This document shows, piece after piece, positions 9,504 to 18,052 of a stretch of 64,000 nt of DNA. Origin of the DNA: Alphaproteobacteria bacterium (GTDB lineage Bacteria; Pseudomonadota; Alphaproteobacteria; CAAGCB01; CAG-977). Below the pieces are notes generated by a model. The model had not been told where the DNA came from and searched no databases. It saw only the letters and a program-made list of their open reading frames with translations. Within the stretch, counting starts at the first letter, position 1. Each line of letters opens with the position of its first letter. The position numbers were made by a program, and so were the translations under genes. Location of the stretch: positions 400,365-464,364 of the forward strand of contig CAAGEP010000003.1 of the NCBI GenBank assembly GCA_900768875.1, given 5' to 3'.

Positions 9504-11615
9504 TTACCACGCGCGGTCAATCGGCGTCACGCGATAGATTTCCGCCTGATTTCCCGCAGGATACAGGTTGATCCACAATTCATTGCCCCGCACGTCGAAT
9601 TCGCGTCCGCTCAGCAGTTCTTCGACATGGAAGCGCCCGCCGAACGCAACGTTCATTTCCTCTGTCGGGAACCAAATCCGCCCCGCCTGTCCGTGATACG
9701 GGTCAAGGCTGAGCGCGACAAAAATCATATTGCTTCTGTCTTCGGTCATTTTGCCGTAGAAAATGATATTGTCGTTTTCCGACGTGTAGAACCGCAGGTT
9801 TTCGTACTCCTGCAAAGCATAGTTTTCACCGCGAATCCAGTTGATTGCCGCGACAACGTCTTTGATGTTGCCCTCGGCGTTCCAGTCGCGCGTGCGGATT
9901 TCGTATTTTTCCGAGTTATTGAACTCCTCGCGCCCCGGAATACCGTCGTTTTCGCACAGTTCGTAGCCGTTCAGCATACCGTAAGACGGGCTGAGCGTCG
10001 CCGCCAGAATAAAGCGGATGATAAACGCCGAACGCGGCGCGTCATGCAAATACATCGGCATAATGTCGGGGGTCGTCGGGAACAGGTTCGGACGCATGAA
10101 CTCTTTTTCGTCCGTCTGCGTCAGTTCCGTAAAGTATTCCTCCAAGTCCTTTTTGCTTTCGCGCCATGCGAAGTACGAATACGACTGCGTAAAGCCGACT
10201 TTCGCCAACATCTGCATCATGGGCGGACGGGTGAACGCTTCCGCCAAAAACAAAGTGTCGGGATAAACGTTCTGCACTTCGCGAATCACCCATTCCCAGA
10301 ACGGAACGGATTTCGTATGCGGATTGTCGACGCGGAAAATGCGCACGCCCTCGTTCGCCCAGAACAAAAACGTGTCGCGCAGTTCCAGCCACAGCGACTC
10401 GGAATGTTCGCCGTAGAAATTCACGTTCACGATGTCCTGATATTTCTTGGGCGGATTTTCGGCGTATTTAATCGTGCCGTCGGGACGGAAAGTGAACCAT
10501 TCGGGATGTTCCTTTATCCACGGGTGGTCGGGCGAGCATTGAATCGCAAAGTCCATGGCGACTTCCATGCCCAATTCGTGCGTTTTGGCAACAAAGGAGC
10601 GGAAGTCGTCCATCGTCCCCAGCTGAGGATGAATCGAGCGGTGTCCGCCCTCCGCCGAACCGATGGCGTAAGGCGACCCGACGTCGCCCGGTTCGCACAC
10701 CAGCGAATTGTTTTTGCCCTTGCGGTGCGCATAGCCGATAGGATGAATCGGCAGCATGTAAACCACGTCGAATCCCATGGCTTGAATATCGGGCAAACGG
10801 GCTTCCGCGTCTTTGAACGTGCCGTGAACGCCGGGGACGGAGCCTTGCGAACGGACGTCCATTTCGTACCATGCGCCGAATCGGGCGCGTTCGCGGTCGA
10901 CGTAAACTTCCAGCTCGCGGTCATAACGCGTCGCCTTTTCGCGGTCGGGCCAGCGGTCCATCGCCTCGGAAACGTCATTACCCATCAGAATGTTGGCGCA
11001 TTGGTACATGTCTTCGTTTTCGTCAAAACGCTTCAAAGCGTCCTGCAGCAAAGCCAAATCGGCTTTGCGCGCGTCTTCGTCGCGAACGTCCTTGATGGTT
11101 TTCAAGCGTTCGACGGTTTTGCGCACCATATCCGCACCTTCGACCAATTCAAGGGAAATGTCCTGTCCCGCTTCCAACTTTTTGGTCGTGCCGTCCAGCC
11201 AAGTGCCGTATTCGTCAACCCAAGCCTCAATCGTGTAGATATAGCGCGCGTTCGTGCCGAACCACAGCTGACCGTACCATTGGGCAAGCCCGTGGTTGAC
11301 TTCGGTCATCGGAGTTTCCCACCATTCGTTTGAATCCGCCAAACGGCACAGAATGACGGCTTTAATCAAGTCATGTCCGTCTTTAAAGATACTGCACGTA
11401 ACGTCCATCGTGTCGCCGACTTCGCGTTTGACGGCATAACGTCCCGCGTCGATTTGCGGACTGACGTGTTCGATGGTAATCGGCGAACTGGCGGCATAAT
11501 CCATCAAATGGTTATGTTTTTCCTTGATAATCCAGCCGCGTTTGCTGACTGTGCCGACATCGGAACCCGTCAAAACGGGGGTTGCTTTGGGTTTAAATTT
11601 TCTTTCGCGTCCCAT
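9504..11615 (-). CDS. glgE: Alpha-1,4-glucan:maltose-1-phosphate maltosyltransferase
   Basis: 703 aa. GlgE-type N-terminus (HVSPQIDAGRYAVKREVGD) and GH13_3 motifs (FRVDNPHTK, LAEAFTRP). An alternative start at Met38 is possible. Confidence 0.9.
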   Translation of the reverse strand: MGRERKFKPKATPVLTGSDVGTVSKRGWIIKEKHNHLMDYAASSPITIEHVSPQIDAGRYAVKREVGDTMDVTCSIFKDGHDLIKAVILCRLADSNEWWETPMTEVNHGLAQWYGQLWFGTNARYIYTIEAWVDEYGTWLDGTTKKLEAGQDISLELVEGADMVRKTVERLKTIKDVRDEDARKADLALLQDALKRFDENEDMYQCANILMGNDVSEAMDRWPDREKATRYDRELEVYVDRERARFGAWYEMDVRSQGSVPGVHGTFKDAEARLPDIQAMGFDVVYMLPIHPIGYAHRKGKNNSLVCEPGDVGSPYAIGSAEGGHRSIHPQLGTMDDFRSFVAKTHELGMEVAMDFAIQCSPDHPWIKEHPEWFTFRPDGTIKYAENPPKKYQDIVNVNFYGEHSESLWLELRDTFLFWANEGVRIFRVDNPHTKSVPFWEWVIREVQNVYPDTLFLAEAFTRPPMMQMLAKVGFTQSYSYFAWRESKKDLEEYFTELTQTDEKEFMRPNLFPTTPDIMPMYLHDAPRSAFIIRFILAATLSPSYGMLNGYELCENDGIPGREEFNNSEKYEIRTRDWNAEGNIKDVVAAINWIRGENYALQEYENLRFYTSENDNIIFYGKMTEDRSNMIFVALSLDPYHGQAGRIWFPTEEMNVAFGGRFHVEELLSGREFDVRGNELWINLYPAGNQAEIYRVTPIDRAW

Positions 11616-11767
11616 GGGAAAACTCTTTCAGCGGTTAAAAATCAAAATGTAGCTTCTAAGATACACAACCGAAAGATTTTTTTCCAGTAAATAAACGATG
11701 TAAAAACGCTTGACTTGCCCCTTTTGACGCTTAGACTGAAACGACCATATTTTCAGGAGGCTTTCTT

Positions 11768-12589
11768 ATGACATCCGACAAGATTCTCATCATCATTCCC
11801 GCCCGTTATCAGTCGTCCCGCCTGCCCGGCAAACCGCTGGTCAAAATCGCGGGCGTCGAAATGATAAAACGCGTGGCGATGATTGCCGATTTTGTTTGCA
11901 AAAACAACGAAAACTGCGCTTATGCCGTGGCGACGGACGACGACAGAATCGCCGATTTCTGCAAAGCTGCCGCCATTCCGTTCACCATGACCCGCGCGGA
12001 TTGCAAATCGGGAACGGAACGCTGCTGGGACGCCGTGCAAAAAGAATCCGTCCGTCCCGCTTTCGTTATCAATCTGCAAGGCGACAACCCGCTTTGCCCG
12101 CCGCATTTGCTGCAAGAATTGATTGACGCGTGGAAAGCCTGCCCCGCCGACGTGTTTACGCCGTGCGTCCATTTGGATTGGGGGGAATACGACCGCCTGC
12201 TGGAATCCAAAAAAACGACTCCTTATTCGGGTACGACCGTTCTGGTCGACAAAGCGGGTTACGCGATGGCGTTTTCCAAAAACGTGATTCCCGCCGTGCG
12301 TAAACCCGAAAAAGCGCGCGAGCTGTCCGAAAAAAGCCCCGTCCGCCGTCACGTCGGACTGTACGCTTACACGTTCGACGCGCTGAAGGATTACTTCACC
12401 CTGCCCCCGTCGCCGTATGAAGCCGATCAAATCGAAGGCTTGGAACAGATGAGATTCCTTTACAACGGCAAAAAAGTCAAAATGGTCGAAGTCGACTACC
12501 GCGGACGCAAAACGACCAGCGGCGTCGATTCCCCCGAAGACGTCGCCCGCGTCGAAGCGATTATCGCCGAATACGGGGAACTCGTCTAA
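11768..12589 (+). CDS. kdsB: 3-deoxy-manno-octulosonate cytidylyltransferase (CMP-Kdo synthetase)
   Basis: 273 aa, collinear by eye with E. coli KdsB (IIIPARYQSSRLPGKPL, MTRADCKSGTERC, LQGDNP, LEQMRFLYNG, GVDSPEDV). CAGGAGG RBS. Confidence 0.85.
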   Translation: MTSDKILIIIPARYQSSRLPGKPLVKIAGVEMIKRVAMIADFVCKNNENCAYAVATDDDRIADFCKAAAIPFTMTRADCKSGTERCWDAVQKESVRPAFVINLQGDNPLCPPHLLQELIDAWKACPADVFTPCVHLDWGEYDRLLESKKTTPYSGTTVLVDKAGYAMAFSKNVIPAVRKPEKARELSEKSPVRRHVGLYAYTFDALKDYFTLPPSPYEADQIEGLEQMRFLYNGKKVKMVEVDYRGRKTTSGVDSPEDVARVEAIIAEYGELV

Positions 12590-13225
12590 GTGCTGCAGGA
12601 TGTCATCAATCGGATTTTGGGAACGCGGTCGCTGTCGGCGACTTTGCCCGACGGTTTTACGCCGTTTTCGCTGAAATCCGACATACGGGCGGTTTTGACG
12701 CGGCATCTGGCGGGTGTTTTTCCCGTCGCATCCCCCGTTTTGATTAACATTTCGGGACTGCCCGCGTCGGGAAAATCCGTTTTGGCAACGGCGTTCAAAG
12801 CCGAAAACCCGCACTTTTTGTATTTAAGCTTTGACGCGATTATGGAGCAGCTGCCCCCCTATCAAACCGAAGTCAAAACCGACAAACAGCGGGCGTTTGA
12901 ACGTTGGGAACTGCCCGCGCGCTTTATCGGCTATCACGTTTTGAAAAAAGCCGTCAAAGCCCGCCTGCCGATTGTGTTTGAACACTCGAACGCCAGCCCT
13001 TTGCACTTGGAACTGTACGAAGAAATCAAAAAACTGGGGTATACGGTGGAAATCCGTTTTATTTCCGCCGAACCGCCTTTGGTTTTGCCGCGGCTGGCCC
13101 GTCGCGACCGTTATTTTTCACCGCAAAATGTGATGAAACGGTGGGAAACGCTGCAAACTTTACTGCCCGAACTGCAAAAAACATCGGACAAATTCACCTT
13201 TTTGAAAGCATGGAAAGAACAATGA
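12590..13225 (+). CDS. P-loop kinase of the zeta-toxin/AAA_33-like fold, substrate unknown
   Basis: 211 aa. Walker A GLPASGKS followed by LYLSFDAI (zeta-like arrangement). GTG start directly abuts the kdsB TAA. Confidence 0.55.
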   Translation: MLQDVINRILGTRSLSATLPDGFTPFSLKSDIRAVLTRHLAGVFPVASPVLINISGLPASGKSVLATAFKAENPHFLYLSFDAIMEQLPPYQTEVKTDKQRAFERWELPARFIGYHVLKKAVKARLPIVFEHSNASPLHLELYEEIKKLGYTVEIRFISAEPPLVLPRLARRDRYFSPQNVMKRWETLQTLLPELQKTSDKFTFLKAWKEQ

Positions 13226-13836
13226 AACGACTGATTATCGCCCGTCACGGCAACACTTTTCGCAAAGACGAAACCCCGACCCGCGTCGGCGCGGGAACCG
13301 ATTTACCCTTGGTCGAGGAAGAACGCGCCCGCGGCATCGGCAAATACTTGAAAGCCAAAGGGCTAATTCCGACGAAAGTTTTTGCCGCGCCTTTGCAAAG
13401 AACGATGAAAACGGCGTCTTTGGCGGTCGAGGAATTGGGGCTTGATTTGCCCGTCGTCCCGAACGCCGACTTTACGGAAGTCGACTACGGTCCCGACGAA
13501 AACAAAACCGAGGACGAAGTCGTCGCCCGCATCGGACAGGACGCGATTGATTTGTGGAACGCCAAAGCCGTTGTGCCGCAGGGCTGGAAAGTCGACCCCG
13601 ACAAAATCGTCGCCGCATGGAAATCGTTTGCGGATTCCGTTGCCGACGGCGAAACGGTTTTGCTGGTATCCTCCAACGGCATCATCCGTTTTGCGCCGCA
13701 TTTGACGGGCGACTACGACGCTTTTTGCCAAACGCACGACATCAAAGTCGCGACGGGCGGCGTATGCGTTTTTGAAAACGACGGCAGCGGCTGGACGTGT
13801 TCGGAATGGAACGTCAAAGCGTTCAAATTCGTTTAA
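13222..13836 (+). CDS. Histidine phosphatase superfamily protein (phosphoglycerate-mutase-like), atypical second motif
   Basis: N-terminal IIARHGNT (RHG motif) and LQRT. The usual SHGG motif reads SSNG. Its ATG overlaps the TGA of the upstream kinase (ATGA). Confidence 0.75.
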   Translation: MKRLIIARHGNTFRKDETPTRVGAGTDLPLVEEERARGIGKYLKAKGLIPTKVFAAPLQRTMKTASLAVEELGLDLPVVPNADFTEVDYGPDENKTEDEVVARIGQDAIDLWNAKAVVPQGWKVDPDKIVAAWKSFADSVADGETVLLVSSNGIIRFAPHLTGDYDAFCQTHDIKVATGGVCVFENDGSGWTCSEWNVKAFKFV

Positions 13837-13934
13837 TTCCTTTTTGTATTGAGTTTTCGCGGCAAATCGTGTACAACTATAGAAGCGTGAAGTCAAATCA
13901 AGCTGTATCATAACTCGTTTTGGGAGAAATAAGT

Positions 13935-14210
13935 ATGTGTAACGAAGATAAAATCCGCGAAGCCGCCTACTTCGTATGGCTGAACAACGGTTGCCCCGAA
14001 GGCGCGGACGTCGAATGCTGGTTGGAAGCGGAAGCCTGCGCCGACGGCGAATGCTGCTGTGAATGTGTTTGCGAATGCACGGAAGCGAAAGCCGAAGAAA
14101 AGAAACCCGCCAAGAAAGCTCCCGCTAAAAAAGCGGCTGCGCCCAAAGCCGAAAAGGCTGAAAAAGCGGTGAAAAAAGCTCCGGCGAAAAAAGCCGCCGC
14201 GAAAAAGTAA
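13935..14210 (+). CDS. Small DUF2934-like protein with a Cys cluster and a Lys/Ala/Pro-rich histone-H1-like tail
   Basis: IREAAYFVWLNNGCPEGADVECWLEAE resembles DUF2934. Followed by CADGECCCECVCEC and then the KKPAKKAPAKKAAAPKAEKAEKAVKKAPAKKAAAKK tail. GGGAGA RBS before ATG 13935. Confidence 0.6.
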   Translation: MCNEDKIREAAYFVWLNNGCPEGADVECWLEAEACADGECCCECVCECTEAKAEEKKPAKKAPAKKAAAPKAEKAEKAVKKAPAKKAAAKK

Positions 14211-14232
14211 TCTTTTCCGCAATTAAACAGAA

Positions 14233-14268
14233 AAGCCGTCATTGCGCCCGTAATGACGGTATTTCTTT
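14233..14268 (+). terminator. Rho-independent terminator after the DUF2934-like gene
   Basis: Hairpin ccgtcatt/aatgacgg followed by a T-rich tract. Confidence 0.6.
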
Positions 14269-14443
14269 GATTTGAGAGGCTCCGCCGGAATGAAAAAATC
14301 CTCATTGCGAGGAGCAACGCGACGCGGCAATCCGTTGTTTACATTCCACAAATGGATCGCCACCCCCCTAACTAAAGGGGTTCGTGATGACAAATAAGGT
14401 TCGCACAATCCCGTTACCGTTTTTTATTCAAAGGATTTTTTCC

Positions 14444-14995
14444 ATGCCCAAACTGTTGCTTTTATCCTGCTGTGCGCCGTGTTCGTGCGCCGTCATAGCC
14501 AAAGCCGCACGGGAACACGCGGATATAACGGTATTGTTTTACAATCCGAACATTCAGCCGCGCGCCGAATATGAAAAACGCCGCGACGAACAAAAACGGT
14601 TCTGCGACGATTTGAACGTGCCGTTCGTTGAATTGCCTTACAATCCCGCAGACTGGCTGGACGCGGTCAAAGGATTGGAAGCCGAACCGGAACGCGGAAA
14701 ACGGTGCTCCGTCTGTTTTCTGTTCCGCCTGCGCCGCGCCGCCGCTTACGCCAAGCAGAACGGGTTTGACGCCTTTTCGTCCGTTTTGGGCGTTTCGCGG
14801 TACAAAGATTTAAATCAAGTCAACGCCGCCGCCGAAACCGCCGCCAAAGAAGCGGACATTCCTTACGATTTGACGAACTGGCGCAAAGGCGGCTTGGAAC
14901 AGGAACGGCAACGGTTGGTCAAGGAAACGCGGATGTACGCGCAAGACTATTGCGGCTGCCCGTTTTCAATCAGAGGCACATCTTCATCGTCATAA
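14444..14995 (+). CDS. queH: Epoxyqueuosine reductase QueH (DUF208)
   Basis: MPKLLLLSCCAPCS, FYNPNIQP, RCSVCF and C-terminal DYCGC are the QueH Cys motifs. Confidence 0.85.
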   Translation: MPKLLLLSCCAPCSCAVIAKAAREHADITVLFYNPNIQPRAEYEKRRDEQKRFCDDLNVPFVELPYNPADWLDAVKGLEAEPERGKRCSVCFLFRLRRAAAYAKQNGFDAFSSVLGVSRYKDLNQVNAAAETAAKEADIPYDLTNWRKGGLEQERQRLVKETRMYAQDYCGCPFSIRGTSSSS

Positions 14996-16209
14996 TCGAC
15001 GGCGAAATCCTTGGACGCTTTCGCGCCCTGTTGCTTCAGCTTCACCGCCCAGCCGATGGCGTTGCCCTTGCCTTCGGACAGCTTTTTAAACGCGTTGTCA
15101 TAGCTTGTTTTCGCCTTGCCCAACGCTTTGTCGATATCCTGCATATCTTCGACGAAAGCGACCAGTTTGTCGTGCAATTTGCCGCCGATTTCTGCGATTT
15201 GCTGAACATTTCTGTTCTGCCGCTCGATGCGCCACATATTTTCGACCGTGCGCAAAATCGGCAGCAGGGAAGACGCCGTCGTAATCGCGATATTGGCTTT
15301 GTACGCCGCTTCGTAAATATCGGCATCGGCTTGCAAAGCCGCCAAATACGCGTGTTCGATGGGAATAAACATAAAAACGTAATCCAGTCCCGAATCTTTG
15401 ACTTTGGACTGATAGTCCTTGCCCGACAGCCCTTTGATGTGATTACGCAAAGCTTGGACATGTTCCGCCAAAAACCGTTTTTTATCGTCGGGATTGTCCG
15501 CGTTCACATAACGGGTGTACGCATTCAGCGATACTTTGCAGTCCACGATTAAACGGCGGTCGTTCGGCAGATTCACGACATAGTCGGGTCTTCTGTTATG
15601 CCCGTCTTCATCCTTTACGTTTTCCTGTACAGAGTAATCAATTCCACGCTGAAATCCCGCAACTTCAAACACGCGTTCCAACTGCGTTTCGCCCCAGTCG
15701 CCCTGATGCTTTGTGTTGCCTTTCAGCGCGTTTGCCAAACTTTTCGCCTCGTCGCTTAAACGCCCGTTCATTTCCAGCAGATTTTTCAGCTGAGCGTCCA
15801 GCTGTCCGCGTCCCGTCGCCTGCACTTGTTTAAAATCGTCCATGCCTTTTTGAAAAGCGGTCAACTGATCTTTCAGCGGGGTTAAAATCTGTCCGATGCT
15901 TTGCTGTTGATTTTCGGTTTGCGCTTTCAGAATATCGGCGGACACCGCCTTGAACTGTACGGTCAGAGCTTCGCGCATTTGGCGCAATTCTTCAATGCGT
16001 TCATTCAAATGCCCCGCATCCGATTTCAATTCCGCCGTTTCTCGAATCAGCGTTTCTTTTTCGGCTGTCAAGCGTTGATTTTCAGCCGTCAGTTCGTCCA
16101 CGCGGCGGTTTAAAAATTCGGTTTCGGGTGATTGCTTTTTCCGCAACAGCACCAACAATCCCGTAACCACGGCCAAAATCGCCAAAGTCGCCACATCGGT
16201 CCAAGCCAT
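14947..16209 (-). CDS. rmuC: DNA recombination protein RmuC
   Basis: N-terminal TM helix, long coiled coil, and a C-terminal RmuC nuclease-like region (RPDYVVNLPNDRRLIVDCKVSL). AAGGAG lies 6 nt before ATG 16209. The 3' end overlaps queH convergently by 49 nt. Confidence 0.85.
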   Translation of the reverse strand: MAWTDVATLAILAVVTGLLVLLRKKQSPETEFLNRRVDELTAENQRLTAEKETLIRETAELKSDAGHLNERIEELRQMREALTVQFKAVSADILKAQTENQQQSIGQILTPLKDQLTAFQKGMDDFKQVQATGRGQLDAQLKNLLEMNGRLSDEAKSLANALKGNTKHQGDWGETQLERVFEVAGFQRGIDYSVQENVKDEDGHNRRPDYVVNLPNDRRLIVDCKVSLNAYTRYVNADNPDDKKRFLAEHVQALRNHIKGLSGKDYQSKVKDSGLDYVFMFIPIEHAYLAALQADADIYEAAYKANIAITTASSLLPILRTVENMWRIERQNRNVQQIAEIGGKLHDKLVAFVEDMQDIDKALGKAKTSYDNAFKKLSEGKGNAIGWAVKLKQQGAKASKDFAVDYDDEDVPLIENGQPQ

Positions 16210-16226
16210 ATTCATCTCCTTATGCA

Positions 16227-16252
16227 AAAACCCCTTCGTGCGAAGGGGTTCT
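16227..16252 (-). terminator. Terminator hairpin downstream of the lipoprotein gene
   Basis: ccccttcg/cgaagggg stem followed by a T-run on the minus strand. Confidence 0.5.
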
Positions 16253-16268
16253 GCCGTTCAGTTTTTCA

Positions 16269-16835
16269 TTATTCAGCCGATTCAAACACTTTTCTGAGCA
16301 AAACTTCGGATTTCGTAAGCGTTGTCGCTTTCGCGCCATAGCGCTGAAGCTTGAAATCCGCGTTTTGTTTTTGGTTCGCGGCTTCGCACGGACAGGCAAC
16401 CGCGCCGACATAATAAGTACCGGGCTGCAAGTCTTTGAACACAAAATTACCGTTTTGGTCAGTTCTGACCTGCTTGTTATGCTGCAAAGCAATCGGATCG
16501 GCCTCTTCCAACGGTTCGTTTTTCGTCCAGTTGCGCACGAACCATTCTTCGGAATAATCGGTCGCGGGATTCAGCACAACCAACTGATTGGCCAAACATT
16601 CCTGCGCGCCATTGACGTCAATGCACAATTTTCCGAACAGTTCGGCCTCGCCTTTTCCTTCAAAGGGCTTGTATTGTTCGGGATTCAGTTTAATTTGACG
16701 CGGCAGAACGTGAATCGGCGCGCACGGCGCGGGTTTCGTCTGTTCCGCTTCGGCTTTGGCTTTTTCCTGCTCATCGGATTTCGAGCAGGCCGCAACAAGG
16801 CTGAGCGTCAACAAAGAAATCAGCAGTTTTTTCAT
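16269..16835 (-). CDS. Lipoprotein with a carboxypeptidase-regulatory-like beta-sandwich region
   Basis: Lipobox LVAAC after a signal peptide. RTDQNGNFVFKDLQPGTYYV resembles the CarboxypepD_reg fold. GAGGAG RBS. Confidence 0.6.
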   Translation of the reverse strand: MKKLLISLLTLSLVAACSKSDEQEKAKAEAEQTKPAPCAPIHVLPRQIKLNPEQYKPFEGKGEAELFGKLCIDVNGAQECLANQLVVLNPATDYSEEWFVRNWTKNEPLEEADPIALQHNKQVRTDQNGNFVFKDLQPGTYYVGAVACPCEAANQKQNADFKLQRYGAKATTLTKSEVLLRKVFESAE

Positions 16836-16960
16836 AATCAAGAACTCCTCGTTTCAATTTTGCTTCCATTATTAGAAGCTTTTTTGCCACTTTTGTCAAT
16901 TCGGCATTTACCGAACGGGAATAATCGGTATAATCGAAAGCCTACAGAAAGGGTTTGCCT

Positions 16961-18052
16961 ATGCGTTTCGGCGTGTTTTTGTTTTTGATGTTTGCCGTTT
17001 TTCCGCATTCCGTCCGCGCGGAAAAAACGGATTTCCAGTCGGCTGAAAGTCTGCTTTACGCGCGGAAAACGACGCAAGCGGTTCCCGAATTGGCGAATTT
17101 GTGCGAAGCGGGAACCCTGCGGGCATGTTCATTGTTGGGCTTTGCGTACAACGCGGGACGCTACGGATTGAAAAAAAATGAAAAACAAGGCGTTTTCTGG
17201 TATGAAAAATGCGCCGAACGGGAAAAAAACTTTTTCTGCCACAATGAATTGGGACGTTTTTACGCCAAACGCGGCGACTACGGCAAAGCATTGGAATACT
17301 ACAAAGCCGGCACGCGAAAAGGTAACACCGAAGCCCAATACCGCTACGGCAAAATGATTTTGGACGGCAAAGGCATTCACCCCGACGCCGAAAAGGCGCT
17401 TCGCCTGCTGCGCCGCGCTGCCCATTCGGTCAAAAAGCCCAGTAAATCCGCCCAATGTCTGCTGGTTGAAATGTCATACTACGGCATCGGCATGAAGCCC
17501 AGCGCGAAAGACACCGCATACTGGCTGAAAAAATGCGACAACCCCTTGATTCGCGCTTTGCGGTCTTTTTACGGTCACGGCGTCCCGAAAGACCGCGTCA
17601 AAGCCAAGGAAATTTTGACGCAAGCCAAACTGACGGAAGCACTGAACGACTGGAAAGACTTTACGGGACAAGGCTCGCCGTCCGTCGGGGAAACAACCGT
17701 GCGCGATCAAAACGTTCCCGAAGACTGCTTCAAGCAGGAACTGTTGTTCGGCACGGGGCGCAAAAATCCGAAAATCGAAACATACGCCGTTAAAATCTTT
17801 CATCCCGATTATTACCGAACATTTGACGTCCGCGACGGTTATACGGAAAAAACCGGCGGAGGCGAACAAATGATGGAAGCGTGCGGCATAACGTTTTATA
17901 CCACAATCGAAAACAAACGTCTGTTCAACAAAGCGTTGAAGCAAGGGGCGCTCATCAAAATCGGCGTTTACACAAACGCCTGTCTGGGGGCGGAGATTCG
18001 CGGCGTGTGCGCTTTGAATCTGCCGTGGAAAGAAGCGGAGGATGCCGAATGA
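16961..18052 (+). CDS. Secreted Sel1-repeat (TPR-like) protein with an unassigned C-terminal domain
   Basis: Signal peptide FLFLMFAVFPHSVRA. Sel1-type repeats (GFAYNAGRYGLKKNEKQGVFWYEKCAE, AQYRYGKMILDGKG). Confidence 0.7.
   Translation: MRFGVFLFLMFAVFPHSVRAEKTDFQSAESLLYARKTTQAVPELANLCEAGTLRACSLLGFAYNAGRYGLKKNEKQGVFWYEKCAEREKNFFCHNELGRFYAKRGDYGKALEYYKAGTRKGNTEAQYRYGKMILDGKGIHPDAEKALRLLRRAAHSVKKPSKSAQCLLVEMSYYGIGMKPSAKDTAYWLKKCDNPLIRALRSFYGHGVPKDRVKAKEILTQAKLTEALNDWKDFTGQGSPSVGETTVRDQNVPEDCFKQELLFGTGRKNPKIETYAVKIFHPDYYRTFDVRDGYTEKTGGGEQMMEACGITFYTTIENKRLFNKALKQGALIKIGVYTNACLGAEIRGVCALNLPWKEAEDAE

Noticed and set aside
14340-14443. preQ1-class-I-like sequence (GGATCGCCACCCCCCTAACTAAAGGGG) about 60 nt upstream of queH.
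   Set aside because: It superficially resembles the GGGUCGC...CCCC...UAAC...AAGG layout of small preQ1-I aptamers. However, I could form only 2 bp of the required P1 stem, the A-rich tail is short, and queH is not a typical riboswitch target. An Rfam preQ1-I (and II/III) covariance-model scan would settle it.
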